Shown: in pieces, positions 21,321-37,399 of the stretch
Layout of the letters: each line of letters starts with the position of its first letter
How positions within the stretch are numbered: position 1 is the stretch's first letter
NCBI GenBank assembly: GCA_009103225.1
Contig: RHPI01003020.1
Span: 81,525 to 145,524 of the forward strand
Length of the DNA: 64,000 nt
Reading direction: 5' to 3'
Source of the DNA: Chlorokybus atmophyticus
Lineage: Eukaryota; Plantae; Mesostigma and Chlorokybus algae
Notes under the pieces: generated by a model
Told to the model about the DNA's origin: nothing
The model's database searches: none
The model's input: only the letters and a program-made list of their open reading frames with translations
Position numbers and translations under genes: made by a program

Positions 21321-23253
21321 CACTAGGCTAGCCTTCCTCACGCCAAGTTCACCGCTATATCGCGATGCAAAGTCACCATCAACATTGAACAAACAAACAA
21401 ATAAACAACAACGCCACAGAGTAATAGCAAATAACGCAATGTCCCACGTATTTCCAGAAAAAATCAGAGGGAGCGCCAATGCAACGAGTTTGCCAGACAA
21501 AACGCCAAGCTCTTGAACAGCTGCTCACCCAAGATAGCTCTCAAGTGTGTCTGGCAGAGTCACATCGATCTGCTCAGTAGTTTTAATGAATCGATTGAAA
21601 ATAATGACATGGGCAAGCGCACAGTGCGTGCCAGCAGCAAGCCATGAACCAAACGCTATGCAGCAACGGTGCCGAAGGCCAAGATGGCACGCAGGACCAA
21701 AAAGAAGACTACGCTCAGGGCCAAGCAGGTATACACCACGTGGTAATGGGACGCATGTTCAGAGGAAAGAACAGCTTGCATTGCCCAATGTAGTCAACAA
21801 GTTGACCCAACCGTGAGCTCATAATATCAAATTTCGTGTATGTGTGCACCTGCTCGCTGCCTTTTCCCGTGAAGGCCTTGCTCCAGATGCAAGCCATATC
21901 AACCGTATCAAAACTGATTTTGAAGGTCTGCACGCAACAAAGTCAGAAAGATTCTCCCACAACAGGATGTGCGTATCCACGCCACGCGTATGTACCTGGG
22001 AAAGGCTGTGTGCCACAAACATGCAATCAAGTACATATGTAACTGGTATATGAACAGGAGTGTATGCGCTTATGTATTCCTTATGACTGGCCATCATTGA
22101 TTCCAGTGGCACAATGCCAGCTGGTGTTCACGCTTATTGGTTATAAACTATGTACTGCATAGCAAATATCCCTGTGAAGTGCTGAGTTTGTGTGCACAAG
22201 AGACACGATACACATTCCGTGGTATGTGCCTGCTTGAATGGGATATGTTGCATGCGCTTGTGCTGCCTGCATGCAATCAGTAATACGCATTGCCTACATG
22301 ACTCGCTGCTTAACAACAACTTGACTCCAGCTCATGATGTGTACGAAGTCATCTGCACGGCGCAACCGCCTCAGACATACAGCATGCAGTATTGAATGAA
22401 CGAATTGCACATAAACATGCACATGCACAATTGCTAGCAACAACGATGGCACTAGCTTATGTGCAAGCAAGGTGGGAGACCAATGCTGCAATCCTGCAAG
22501 CTTAGCTGCTGCGCAAGTGTAGGCATTGAACAATGGAGGCTAGCCTTCCAGTGCGCTCCTCTCTGCACATAAGCAGAGATTTTCTACTTTGTGATAATTG
22601 AGCACAGTGCAAGAAAGAGCAAGCAAACGCAAGCTGCAATCAGCTGAAAATATTACTGCAGCAGCTCTATACTACGCCTGCAATCGACACAGCAACAGCC
22701 ACAACCCTCACAGCAGCAACAACGACAACGACAACACACGACTGCTATGTCCCATTGCACATTGCCAAAGACAGCTAGTGTAGTTGAAACCAACAAGGAC
22801 GACACGGAGCTCAAAGCAAACATACACTCCTGACGAAACTCAATAATAGAATGCAACATGCAATAACCAAAACACAGCACTAATCACAATGTAGCCTAAA
22901 TCAAGCATCCTGAGTACGCTACCTTGCATTACAAGTGGTCCGGAAAGTATGCAGCCAAGATTTGTGAAGCTCTACTGTGCAAGCATTGCGTATATGAAGG
23001 AAAGCAAAGCAGACGCTTGTGCGGACATGCATGCATGCATGTCTGCATACAAGCCGCCCACGCCACGTGAAAGGTTACAAATATGTGTGTAATTGATACC
23101 TATTTATAAATGCAAGTATTCTCCTAACCATGACCAACAGACAGCACCCATTGTGCGTTGGTTGCTTGGGTTGCTTGAAGCGAAGCTGTGAATAGCTAGC
23201 AACAAGTGGCGAAGCATGACACCAAGGGGCAGGGACGGCGGGGACAAGGGCGG

Positions 23254-23876
23254 NNNNNNNNNNNNNNNNNNNNNNNNNNNNNNNNNNNNNNNNNNNNNNN
23301 NNNNNNNNNNNNNNNNNNNNNNNNNNNNNNNNNNNNNNNNNNNNNNNNNNNNNNNNNNNNNNNNNNNNNNNNNNNNNNNNNNNNNNNNNNNNNNNNNNNN
23401 NNNNNNNNNNNNNNNNNNNNNNNNNNNNNNNNNNNNNNNNNNNNNNNNNNNNNNNNNNNNNNNNNNNNNNNNNNNNNNNNNNNNNNNNNNNNNNNNNNNN
23501 NNNNNNNNNNNNNNNNNNNNNNNNNNNNNNNNNNNNNNNNNNNNNNNNNNNNNNNNNNNNNNNNNNNNNNNNNNNNNNNNNNNNNNNNNNNNNNNNNNNN
23601 NNNNNNNNNNNNNNNNNNNNNNNNNNNNNNNNNNNNNNNNNNNNNNNNNNNNNNNNNNNNNNNNNNNNNNNNNNNNNNNNNNNNNNNNNNNNNNNNNNNN
23701 NNNNNNNNNNNNNNNNNNNNNNNNNNNNNNNNNNNNNNNNNNNNNNNNNNNNNNNNNNNNNNNNNNNNNNNNNNNNNNNNNNNNNNNNNNNNNNNNNNNN
23801 NNNNNNNNNNNNNNNNNNNNNNNNNNNNNNNNNNNNNNNNNNNNNNNNNNNNNNNNNNNNNNNNNNNNNNNNNNNN
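23254..23876. other. Assembly gap (N run)
   Basis: 623 N. Confidence 1.
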
Positions 23877-25802
23877 GGGGGCATTCTGCTTACCTACAAG
23901 GCAATTGTCAAGCAGGAGGGAAGCAGGAACGCCAGTCAGCTGAAACAGCTGCACACTCCCGCACTCCCGCACACTCTGAGACAGCGCTGCCGCCACTAGC
24001 CAGCTGGCAGGCAAGCAAGCAGCGCCCTGTCTCCCGCCAAACCAAGTCCTTACTGACCACCTGCGCGCCGACGACGACACCCTCTCGTCGATGGTTGACG
24101 TTGATGACCGCAAAGATGGGAGCTGGACTGCACCCGTGATGAACATGATGTGGACTTATAAAACCACGGTACAACCACTTCAACATGCCTATTGTTAGCT
24201 CAAGTCACATGACCATTCAAGACGCCGGTGCGCGTTGTATGAAACGGGAGAAATGACCGCCTCCTCCTCCCCCAATTCCCAGCTTAGGCCTACGGCATTC
24301 TGACCGACCAGCACCAAAACTGGCCGTAGTCAGCACCCATCCATGAATCCGGCCCCCGCCTTAACAGCATTGATTTTCTGTGTTTAGCACTATATTTGGG
24401 GCAAGCACTTGTCAAGCAATTTCAAGCTATGAAGTGCAAATGCTTATGTTGTGTCCAAGTATAGGGGCAAAGGGAGCTTTGGCTTCAAGTCCCAGGACAT
24501 GCTAGCATTGTCTGCGTCCACATTTGTCGTGGAGAAGCAAAGGCGCATATGTTGCCCGCGACATGTGCTTCCAACACGTTCTCCACTAGACAGGTAAAAA
24601 CTTTATCTGCATGTTGAAGCCTTGAGTATGCATGTGCATACATGACCGCGACATTATTGTACTACAACATGATGTTCAAAAACTCACGATGCTCAAATCA
24701 TAATATAATCTTGGCATTGTAAATTCTTTAAGGGAAGGCTCACATACACGACTAAGAATGTACTTGCGTCGTTCAAATATGTACGTCGATCTCACGTGCA
24801 TTATTCTCTGATCAAACTGTTTGTGAACATCACAACCAATGCCATTGTGCATTTATTGATTGATGGGTTTAATGTCGCCTTTCTCCCGTAACTCTACTGG
24901 GTTTGCAATAATTGTATGCATGAATAGTGTTTAATGGTATAGGGAATATTGTTAATGAATCAATCTATTGCGGGATATTATCAACCTTAATACGTCTGTA
25001 GGAACAGCTTGCTATCCACACCTATAAAAACACCACTATAACCATAATGACCATTATAACCACCACCATTGCAAAAGTTAGCAGCATGAAATCAATTTAC
25101 AAGCATACCACACGACATAAGGGAATATTCTGTGTTTCCGATAGGAACCACAATTGCCATGCATACCTCTTTATAAAGGTAGCATGCATTTACATGCATC
25201 ATTGTTTTAAAGTGATAGTGCACTTTAGTGTTGCACTTTAGGTCATTGCTATGCAAGGTGATTAAGCGAACGGGAGCGCGTATACACTGCATGCGGTCCG
25301 TGCAAGTTGCCGGCGAAGGCAACTTGCTTGATAATGTGTTTCCATGTGTGGAGACTACAAGTGATTATTATACTTATAACAGTTAAAAACATGTGATGAG
25401 AACGTTGCATGTGTCATTTCAATTCAACATTGTAAGAACAACATATGCGAATGCCATTCATTCGATGAGCATATACACAGAACTCCACTAATTGTTGGCA
25501 ATATGCTTGTTCACGACATAAGGGCCACTCTGCGCTAAACACCAAAGCCACTTCCTCACCCTAGACTACATAGCAGTATAGAGCCGCATATACAATTGCT
25601 GCAACCTGCTGCTCGTCAACTCATTACCACATATGGTACAATACTGCAACGCTACAACACCTGGGGCACACTTGTATTTTCTAGCATACCATCTCTGTAC
25701 GCTAGCACTACTAACTGAGCTGACCCAACACTTGCATGTGTTACAAAGTGAAGGCACATCCCCCGTTGCATCCGGAGTTGCCTCTCAAGTATCACTCTCT
25801 CT

Positions 25803-29506
<3,704 letters not shown>

Positions 29507-30073
29507 TCTGCAGACAGGTGTAGGGTCAGTCAGTCTGTAGGCTCTCCACTGCATGCATGCATGCGTGCATCCTGCATGGTGAGGTTTAGCGTGCCAACAG
29601 AGGTCAGCGGTAACCTCAGTTTGCATGCATGTATGCATGCATGCACGCATGCAACAGAGGCGGCCCCACCTGGCATTGAAACAGGGCGAGACCAGCACAC
29701 AGAAAGTGACCAGAAGCCAAAAAGACTGCAACTGTAGCTTCACAAGAAGACAGAACGACACAAGTTAACGGTACCAGCTGCTACCTTACCTGTATAGGCT
29801 GCTGTGACAACAACCGCAGCAAGCGCCATTGACTTGATCTGATTGCGCCGATTGAGATGCGGAAGAGTTCCTACATCCGTACTTAATGGCGATTCACCCC
29901 ATCAACATGTGGTACTACCCATATAGTATCAGATACTCTCATCATGTCGCTCTTCAGTCTGTTGGACTTGGCAACCGTGGCTTACAAGAGCTTCACACAG
30001 GTCGAGTCCTGTAAGGAGCATCACACAGGCTTAAGCCCCTGGAAGTGGTGTGAATCTACAATGAATGGAAGGT

Positions 30074-30400
30074 ACTGGGGATGCTTTTAACACAGATCTG
30101 GGTGTCAGATGTGATGCTCGTGCCAGAGGAAAGCAGTTGTGCAATGAGTGTGTTTATAAACTGAGTGGTACTGGTGATGCTCTCATACAGATCTGGGTGT
30201 CACAGTGTGATGCCCGTGCAGGAGTCTAACAGTTAAGCAATGAGTGGTAGCAGCAGTGATGCTGTTACAGATTTGGGGTGAGGTGATGCCCATGCAGAAG
30301 TTGAACAACTTGCATCGCACAACACTCCAAGCGATTGTGCAGCGAGGGGTCCAGGTGATGCTGCTGGGCAAGTCTGGGTGGTGTGATGTCCGTGCTAGAG
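30074..30400. repeat. Degenerate ~80-100-bp tandem repeat (3-4 units) upstream of lyase paralogue 1
   Basis: Recurring core gatgct...cagatctgggtg...gtgatgcccgtgc. Confidence 0.55.
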
Positions 30401-33400
30401 GACAGCAGGAGACGTGTGCACCTGTTCATGTCGTACAGAAGGGAATGCCAATTGTGCCTTTGCAAAAGGCAACAGCAGAAAGAGATTTTGTTGCAGGTCT
30501 CATGGCGGGATGCCTGCACAGAGATGCTCTGGGAAGCTGCAATGAACGGCAAGAAGTGGTTAAGCCCCGTCCTTCTCTAACGCACTCTGCATGTGCAATG
30601 AGTACCAGTGCAATCATGCTGAGTGCCCCTGTAACGGTTGGTGGCGCTCACAACAAGATCCCGGCTCTGGTAGACCATCATGCCAGTGTTTTGTTGCAAC
30701 ATGACCTGAGCAGCCTGCGCAAAACAGGCACGGAGGTTCTAGCGCAGAGCAACTTCATTCATTCTGTGAGCAAAACATGCGTGAGGTGGCCCATCCACTG
30801 CCGCAGTGGCACTGGTGCAGCAGACACTGGCAGTTATTCTGGCAGCTCTGACTGTTATGATCATCACCTGATACCTGCGGGATCTGGTGGCTGTGTGTCA
30901 GGCAAAATATCCGCCGAAACTGGAAAGGTTCTGCGGTAGCCAGCCTGTGGCGTTCTTCGCTGTAAGCTTGACTGCTGTGCATGTTCAGTTGCGAAGTTGC
31001 TGGCCTGGCGCCAAACATTAAGTCTTCTCCGTTTTCCAACCAGGCATATGTCATGGTCGCCAGCTGCCACTCCACCTGCAATTGCAGTACAGTAGCAATA
31101 TGCAGCAATATGTAGCAATATGTAGCAATATGCAGAGGCAGCAAGCTGCTTCGCTCCATACCAGGCTGCTGTGAAGTGAAGCCGTTGCGGTAGTGCTTGA
31201 AGACGCATGCACCTGTGGACTCACCACTATCACCACTATCAATCAATCAATCGCCGCGCCAGCGCCGCGCCAGCAGGGCTTGGATTCAACCGTACGCATT
31301 CGTCCTCGCACTGTGCATTGCAATCTGAGCGGTTGAGCTTCTGACATAAAGCCGTACAGGCTGTTTGTTTCCACACTTGAAAGCTCCGCGCACTCCTGTA
31401 AAGTACCGTACATGAGGAGCGGTAGCGACGCTGACATGGACGCGCCATAAGACGACAGAAACTGGGGTGCTTCAGAAGCTCGTGCCTAGAATAAGCAGGT
31501 AGGGCTGAAGTTTAGACCCTACCAGGTGCCAGCTCTATCGTATACCGTTTGGCTCACGGGTTATAACTCCAATGTAATGTGACGGTGATTTACTTGATCG
31601 AAAGTCATGTGCTGCATTGAACCAAGGGCTGGGTACCGTGCTTCTGACCTTACAGAAGCATGAACAATCATCAATTGATTGTCGTTAGCTCCGCACCAAA
31701 TGGGAGTTCTTTTTATTAGTAAAATGATTTGTTTGTAACGTTGGCTACTCGATGTATATGCGAATACATTAGCAAAACTTTTATGTATGTGAATGTGCAC
31801 ATATATGTAGCAACAAAATATAAGTGCATATATTATTCATGCGCAAATTAACTTGTTTTCATACAAAAGTTGTTAATGTAGGCAATCTTATAGATGAGCT
31901 ATGTTATCGATGTCACGCATTATTATAGGGCTGCACATGTTGTTACAACCAAAAGACTTATCATAACGAATGTAACATCTCGCATGCAACATCTTGCAGG
32001 TAACATGAACTTCGGATGTTAAAAACCCCTCATTAATTATGATGAGTTTTTTTCTAATTGGGGTTTGTATTCAATAAAATCTTGTACCGATACATGTACT
32101 TGTATCGGTAGGGGGTAGCACAATGTGCCCTTGTAAAGAGCATATAATTTATCCTTAACCATTTTATGCTTTTTAAGAGGATATGTACTTGGCGAAAAAG
32201 TTCATATTATGCTTTTAAATCGTTGAACGTTATAAGCATAAATATGATGTCGATAAAGATCTGAATTATGCCCATCACGTCACCACACTCATCACGCCTA
32301 TTAGCTTACCCATCACGCCTCATTCATCATGCATGCCTCAGTGTTACGCTTATCATGCGTAAATGCCCTTTGTAACAGTATGACGGTCATACTACGACCG
32401 ACAACTGACCGTCACTATAAATGACCGAAAGGTGACTTAATTGCTGCTATAGCCTATTGCAGCAAGTAAGTCGACCTATCGATAGGTCGCCACCACATGC
32501 AATAGACAAAGGCGGTCTGACGTCACTTAAACACGTGGTAGGCCTACAGTCACGTGCTTGCCACTGCAGGCAGGCTAGCGTCGTGTGCATGTAGTGGCCA
32601 GTGGCTAGCCGTGATTGAATGTTGTTGAGTAGCAACGGCCGTCCCATAAGTCCCATTATGAACCTATCCGCTAGGTTTGGTAGGGTCAGTTAAGGTTCCA
32701 GTACATGGCTCAAAGCGTGTTCATGCACATAAAGCTAAGGCCGCAGCGGCATTGCTCGGGTGACGACAACACGACTTGTAATTTTTTTTGGCTCATGCTT
32801 TGTCCACATGAGTGAGTAGTTTGCGTCAAAGCCCAATGGAGGTGACTGCTGCAAGACCGCCTCGCACACTTCATCGAGCTCCTGCCGGTGCTCGGCATTC
32901 ATCTTAAAGTCCTTGCCCTTCATAACTTCAGGTAGTGGCCACTTCCTCAACATCTCTCTCAGCTGCTCTAGGTTGACCAGCAGCGGTGTGTGCATGTGCT
33001 TATACTGCTCCTTTATCAAGTATCGTTGGCGTGTCACCTGGCCTAGCAAGCTGTTACCCTTGGCCTTGAAGCAATTAGCTGCAGCTGGCATTTGCCTGGC
33101 CTCCAGTAGCCATGGAGGCTTAGCTTAATCGCAAGCAACAAACAAAATCAGTGCAAAGACGGTTTGACTTCACACTTGGGCAACACAAGCTGTGGACGGT
33201 CAACATGGGCTGCCATGCAAGCAAGCGGCATTCAAACTTGTAAGCAACCTGCTTACCCCTTAATAGCTGAGAGCGACTGGTGAACAGCAAAAATGCAAGT
33301 TTCCTGGCAACACAGCAAGTGAGCAACCCGAGCTGTCAACTGTCAACAAGGACTGTCGGACCAGTGCCTTACATAAACAGCCGCACAAGCCGCATAAGCG

Positions 33401-34799
33401 TTGTGAGTTCGCACAAGTCGCACAAGCCGTGCAACAATGCAACTCACCAAGAGAGCGACGCAGGTGTCGGTATAATAGGGTTTTACTCACTTAAGAATTA
33501 ACGGTTGTCAGCACCATGATCGATGGCTATCTGTGGGTTGGCGGCGTACATAAGCGTTGCAACATGTTCGGCATGGTTGTTGTTAAGATGAGCGGAGTTT
33601 GGGGGTGAAGGGTTTGGTTCAGAGTGCTGTTGGGTAGGCGTCAATAGTCTTTTGGCACACAAGGACAGTCCCAGGCAGTACACTATGGCTCCATGAAGGT
33701 CGTTCACAGCGCCACAGTTTATATGAGGCTGCCTTTATTGTAAGAGCAACGTGCACGCTGGTCAACGTAATGCAAACGGTCGACCTGGCATGGGAGAGAC
33801 CAAGCCCACGAAAATCGCAGCACTGGAACGGTGATGTGTGCCGAATGATGTGCGTGCTCAGCCACAAGGGAGGGAGGGAGGACAAGGCTGCGCTCGAAAA
33901 GTTGGCAAAGGAAATCCAGCAACCCATCTAGGTAAAAACCTTTAGGCATTTTTTATCCAAATTTTTGCAACATCCCGCCTGGACTATCAATAATCTATGC
34001 CTTGCGCGCATGCGCATTGGCGCATGGTGAAAAACTTGGTAGCCGCTGCTTAAATCTTGCGCATTTCAGTTGTACTTTAAGTGCAACCGTCTTGTTCTTG
34101 AACTATTCAAAGTTTCATGACATGTTTAAACGTACAAGCAACTCACTAGCAGCGGCGTGTTGCAAGATGAGCAACTGCCCCCTTACGCCAATCCCACAAT
34201 CACAAACTTGAAAGATTGCAAGATGGCAGACGTTAGGGCTATGCCAGAATGTGTGAGTTGCTGAATTCGCACAGCAGCATTAAAACCGTACTGCAACCTG
34301 CATACTCACCCTGCCATGTTTTAAACCATAAAGCTGTACGAAGAAATGCAACAGCTGGCGGCTATCCATTCCTAGACACGCAGAGCAACACGATCTTAAA
34401 GCAGGAAGATCAAGAGGAGCGAGAGTTGCAAAAGAACCACAGAAGGAGGAGGACGAGGAGGAGGAGGAGGAGGGTGCGATACCTAGTCCACCGAAGCGGA
34501 AACCCTCAATGTGTCGCCAAGCAGCAGAGGTGGATCATGCAGCGGAATTCGCCAGTGTTGTTGAAGAGATCGACAAATTTCAGGTGAATCGCTACTCCTC
34601 AACAGGTTTTAAAGCGTCACCCAAAAATCTGCTGACTACTTGAGGGTGAGAACTGTCACGACAACCTATGCCAATGTAATAGTCTTTGTTTGTGTTTGCG
34701 CTAGAGTCTGATGGTTACGAATCACTGCATTAAACATACTGACCGGGAGATTTTTACCCTGAAGCTCATCCATCGTAACACTAGAGATAAGCACCAGCT

Positions 34800-35376
34800 G
34801 TGGCGACTGAATATTTTGGAGGATTCATGAGCATCCACACGCATCCTGGTCGAGCAGGTCAAGTATCTTTCGCACAACAGGTTGATCAAGGACTTCCAAA
34901 CGGTACATGCACGTGTGCGCGTGTGTATCTTTGTGTGCATGTCTCTCTGTGTACTCACGGATCACTCATGACTTGTGCGCATCCGTGCAGAGGCTTACCT
35001 GTTGCCATATGACGGCGAATGGTTCAAGCAACAGGAGACGGAGGAGGTCTTGCATCGTTACCAGCAAATTAGCAACATCCGACACTACCGACAATATTAT
35101 GTCAACATGTTTTCTTCAGATACACCAAGCCGTTATTGAATTGTCATCGACGGGCACCCCCGCACTGGATGTGTAGTGGCTTACAACAGTTCCGCGCATG
35201 GGCACACTCAACCCAACACTCACCCCAACTTCTTGTGCTACTCGGACTTCGATGACGTCGGCCACCCAGCTGTCACTGTGTATGCGACTAGGACATTAAA
35301 GGACATTAAGGCATGGGAGGAGCTACTCTTAGACTACATCCCTTTCCCTGCGCCACCAGACGGGCACACAGACTAA
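34800..35376 (+). pseudogene. SET-domain (lysine methyltransferase) pseudogene exons
   Basis: HPGRAGQ.../LLPYDGEW, then *IVIDG...AYNSSAHGHTQPN...VTVYATR[TLK]DIKAWEELLLDY. Removing a 9-bp duplication gives ATRDIKA(G/W)EELLLDY, the SET C-terminal motif. Stop at 35137-35139. Confidence 0.7.
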
Positions 35377-36359
35377 GTAAGTGTGATTGCATTGCTGCAT
35401 GCTCAATCTGCAAGCCTTGTTAGTGCGACTGTCAATGCAAGACTGTCAATGACTGAACGACTGTCATTGTAAAATTGGAAGCTAACTTGCCTTCTTTGCC
35501 GGCACCCCAATTGTGGCAAAAGGAGGATGCGGCGCAGAGGCTTGCGAAGGGTTGGAAGCTAATTATCGAGGACGCTATGTGGCAGATTACCAGCAAGCCA
35601 CCAAGGCAGCCGGGCGAGAGTGACATCGCATATTCCATGCGCTTGATCCATTGCGTCTTCAGCATGCCCAATGCGGACGCAAAAACAAGAACGGTGAGTT
35701 GCACTAACAGTCTTCCCACACTAACAGTTTTTCCGTTAGTCTCATTGAAATTCTATTGTAGGCACGTTTGTTGTTGTGCACTTGCATGCACTGCAATATG
35801 TATGCTAACAACCATGATCACGTGCATGTGTTAACAGATAAACTCTGAAGCCCATATTCAACGTCAAATCCCTGTTCATTTCTGTAAAGTAGTTATGATG
35901 CTGCCTACGAAATGAAAGATGCCGCAAACATACAAGTAGACAACTGAAAACAAGTCATTGGAGACTTAGACTTATGGATTGAATAAGGGAACGTGATCAC
36001 GGTACGTAAGCATGTGGTGCACCTTTCACTTCACACATATGCCTACACTGCTACCTGTTTTTGCACGAATAGGTCGCTGCTATCCACAGAAGACTGACGA
36101 GATGCACAAAACTACGACAGCAGCCATTGCTACTAGACAGGGGGCTCTCACCAGGCAAGCGACAGCATTGGCACTGAAGGGAGGACTGGGAAACGCTTAT
36201 GGAGAAAAAGATCCGGGTATGCTGTAGAAGGGCTTCAACAATCCCAAAAAGGAATGGCTTGACGAATACAAGCGGGGCACTGTGCATACTTGTAAAAGAG
36301 TACAGCGAAGCTGACACACGGGCGGAGGCACAAGTTGAAGCAGCTTGGGTGGCGGCAAT

Positions 36360-36760
36360 CGACGACCATAATTCTCCCCATTCACATGACAATCATCTCC
36401 ACCAATTGAGAGTGCCCTTGCACCCCGAACTTCCACCACTGAAGACTTGGCTGAGCGTGACAATCTTCCAGCTAAGACATTCCACCTCACGACAGTCCCC
36501 ACAACACGAAACCTCATGACAGTCCCAAGCACGGTGCTTTTGCCGACAATCCTCCTCTCCATAACAGTCCCATGAGAATCCTCCACTTGCCGACACTCCA
36601 CTTTCTGACGGTCCCAAAGACGGTGCTCCTGCCGACAATCCTCCACCCATCGCAGTCCGAATAACAATCCTCTTGCTGACAATCCCCCTCCCCACGACAC
36701 TCCTCATGACATTCCCTCTGATGACAGTCAACATGACAATTCCCGTCCACCTGCCAACAG
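36360..36760 (+). repeat. Coding-type low-complexity repeat (D/N-S/N-P-P-H units), frameshifted
   Basis: Repeated gacagtccc/gacaatcct units giving PPHDSPHNTKPHDSPKHGAFADNPPLHNSP. Confidence 0.5.
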
Positions 36761-37107
36761 AAAGTGAGGGAGAAAAAGTCACACCATCTTTACACCACCA
36801 TTGGAAATGAAGCGGCGTCCCCTTAAGCCAGACACTTCTGCACGAACAACTCCACCAGCGGTGCGGCCACAAGCTGGAGAGGTTTTAGCAGCAGCGCATA
36901 CACCGCTGGACACTTTTAGCAAGGCCCATCAGAAGCACCATAAAGCAACTAATGCCGCACGCAGTGAATATGAGTGAGGATGTGGAAAAGGCTGTGTACT
37001 TTGCTGCAGAACAGCTGTCACGCGCCCGCAAAAGGCAAAGAATGCATTGGTAAGGACAGCTTGCACAATGTATAGTGTTTACATGAGGGGGGGGGGGGGG
37101 GGGGGGT

Positions 37108-37205
37108 NNNNNNNNNNNNNNNNNNNNNNNNNNNNNNNNNNNNNNNNNNNNNNNNNNNNNNNNNNNNNNNNNNNNNNNNNNNNNNNNNNNNNNNNNNNNN
37201 NNNNN
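37108..37205. other. Assembly gap flanked by poly-G
   Basis: N run between G homopolymers. Confidence 1.
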
Positions 37206-37399
37206 GGGGGGGGGGGGGGGGGCTGTTCGTTTATGAGACTGTTGCCAAGAAGTAATAATATTTATTGGGCTCTGTACTTACCTAATATCAGTGTGCGACA
37301 GGAAGGACACGTGCGCGTTTATTGAAGTGCAATTAGTTTAACAAGCGTGCAAGTAGCAACTCCAGCTTGCTCTCGATCAAGCAAAGGAGTCGCGCCAAT

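Noticed and set aside
23075-24146. Poly-X ORFs spanning N runs (also 50706-51541, 61052-61578)
   Set aside because: Artefacts of assembly gaps.
37087-37222. Poly-G tracts beside gaps as functional G-quadruplex elements
   Set aside because: Their true length and context are unknown because they coincide with sequencing dropouts.
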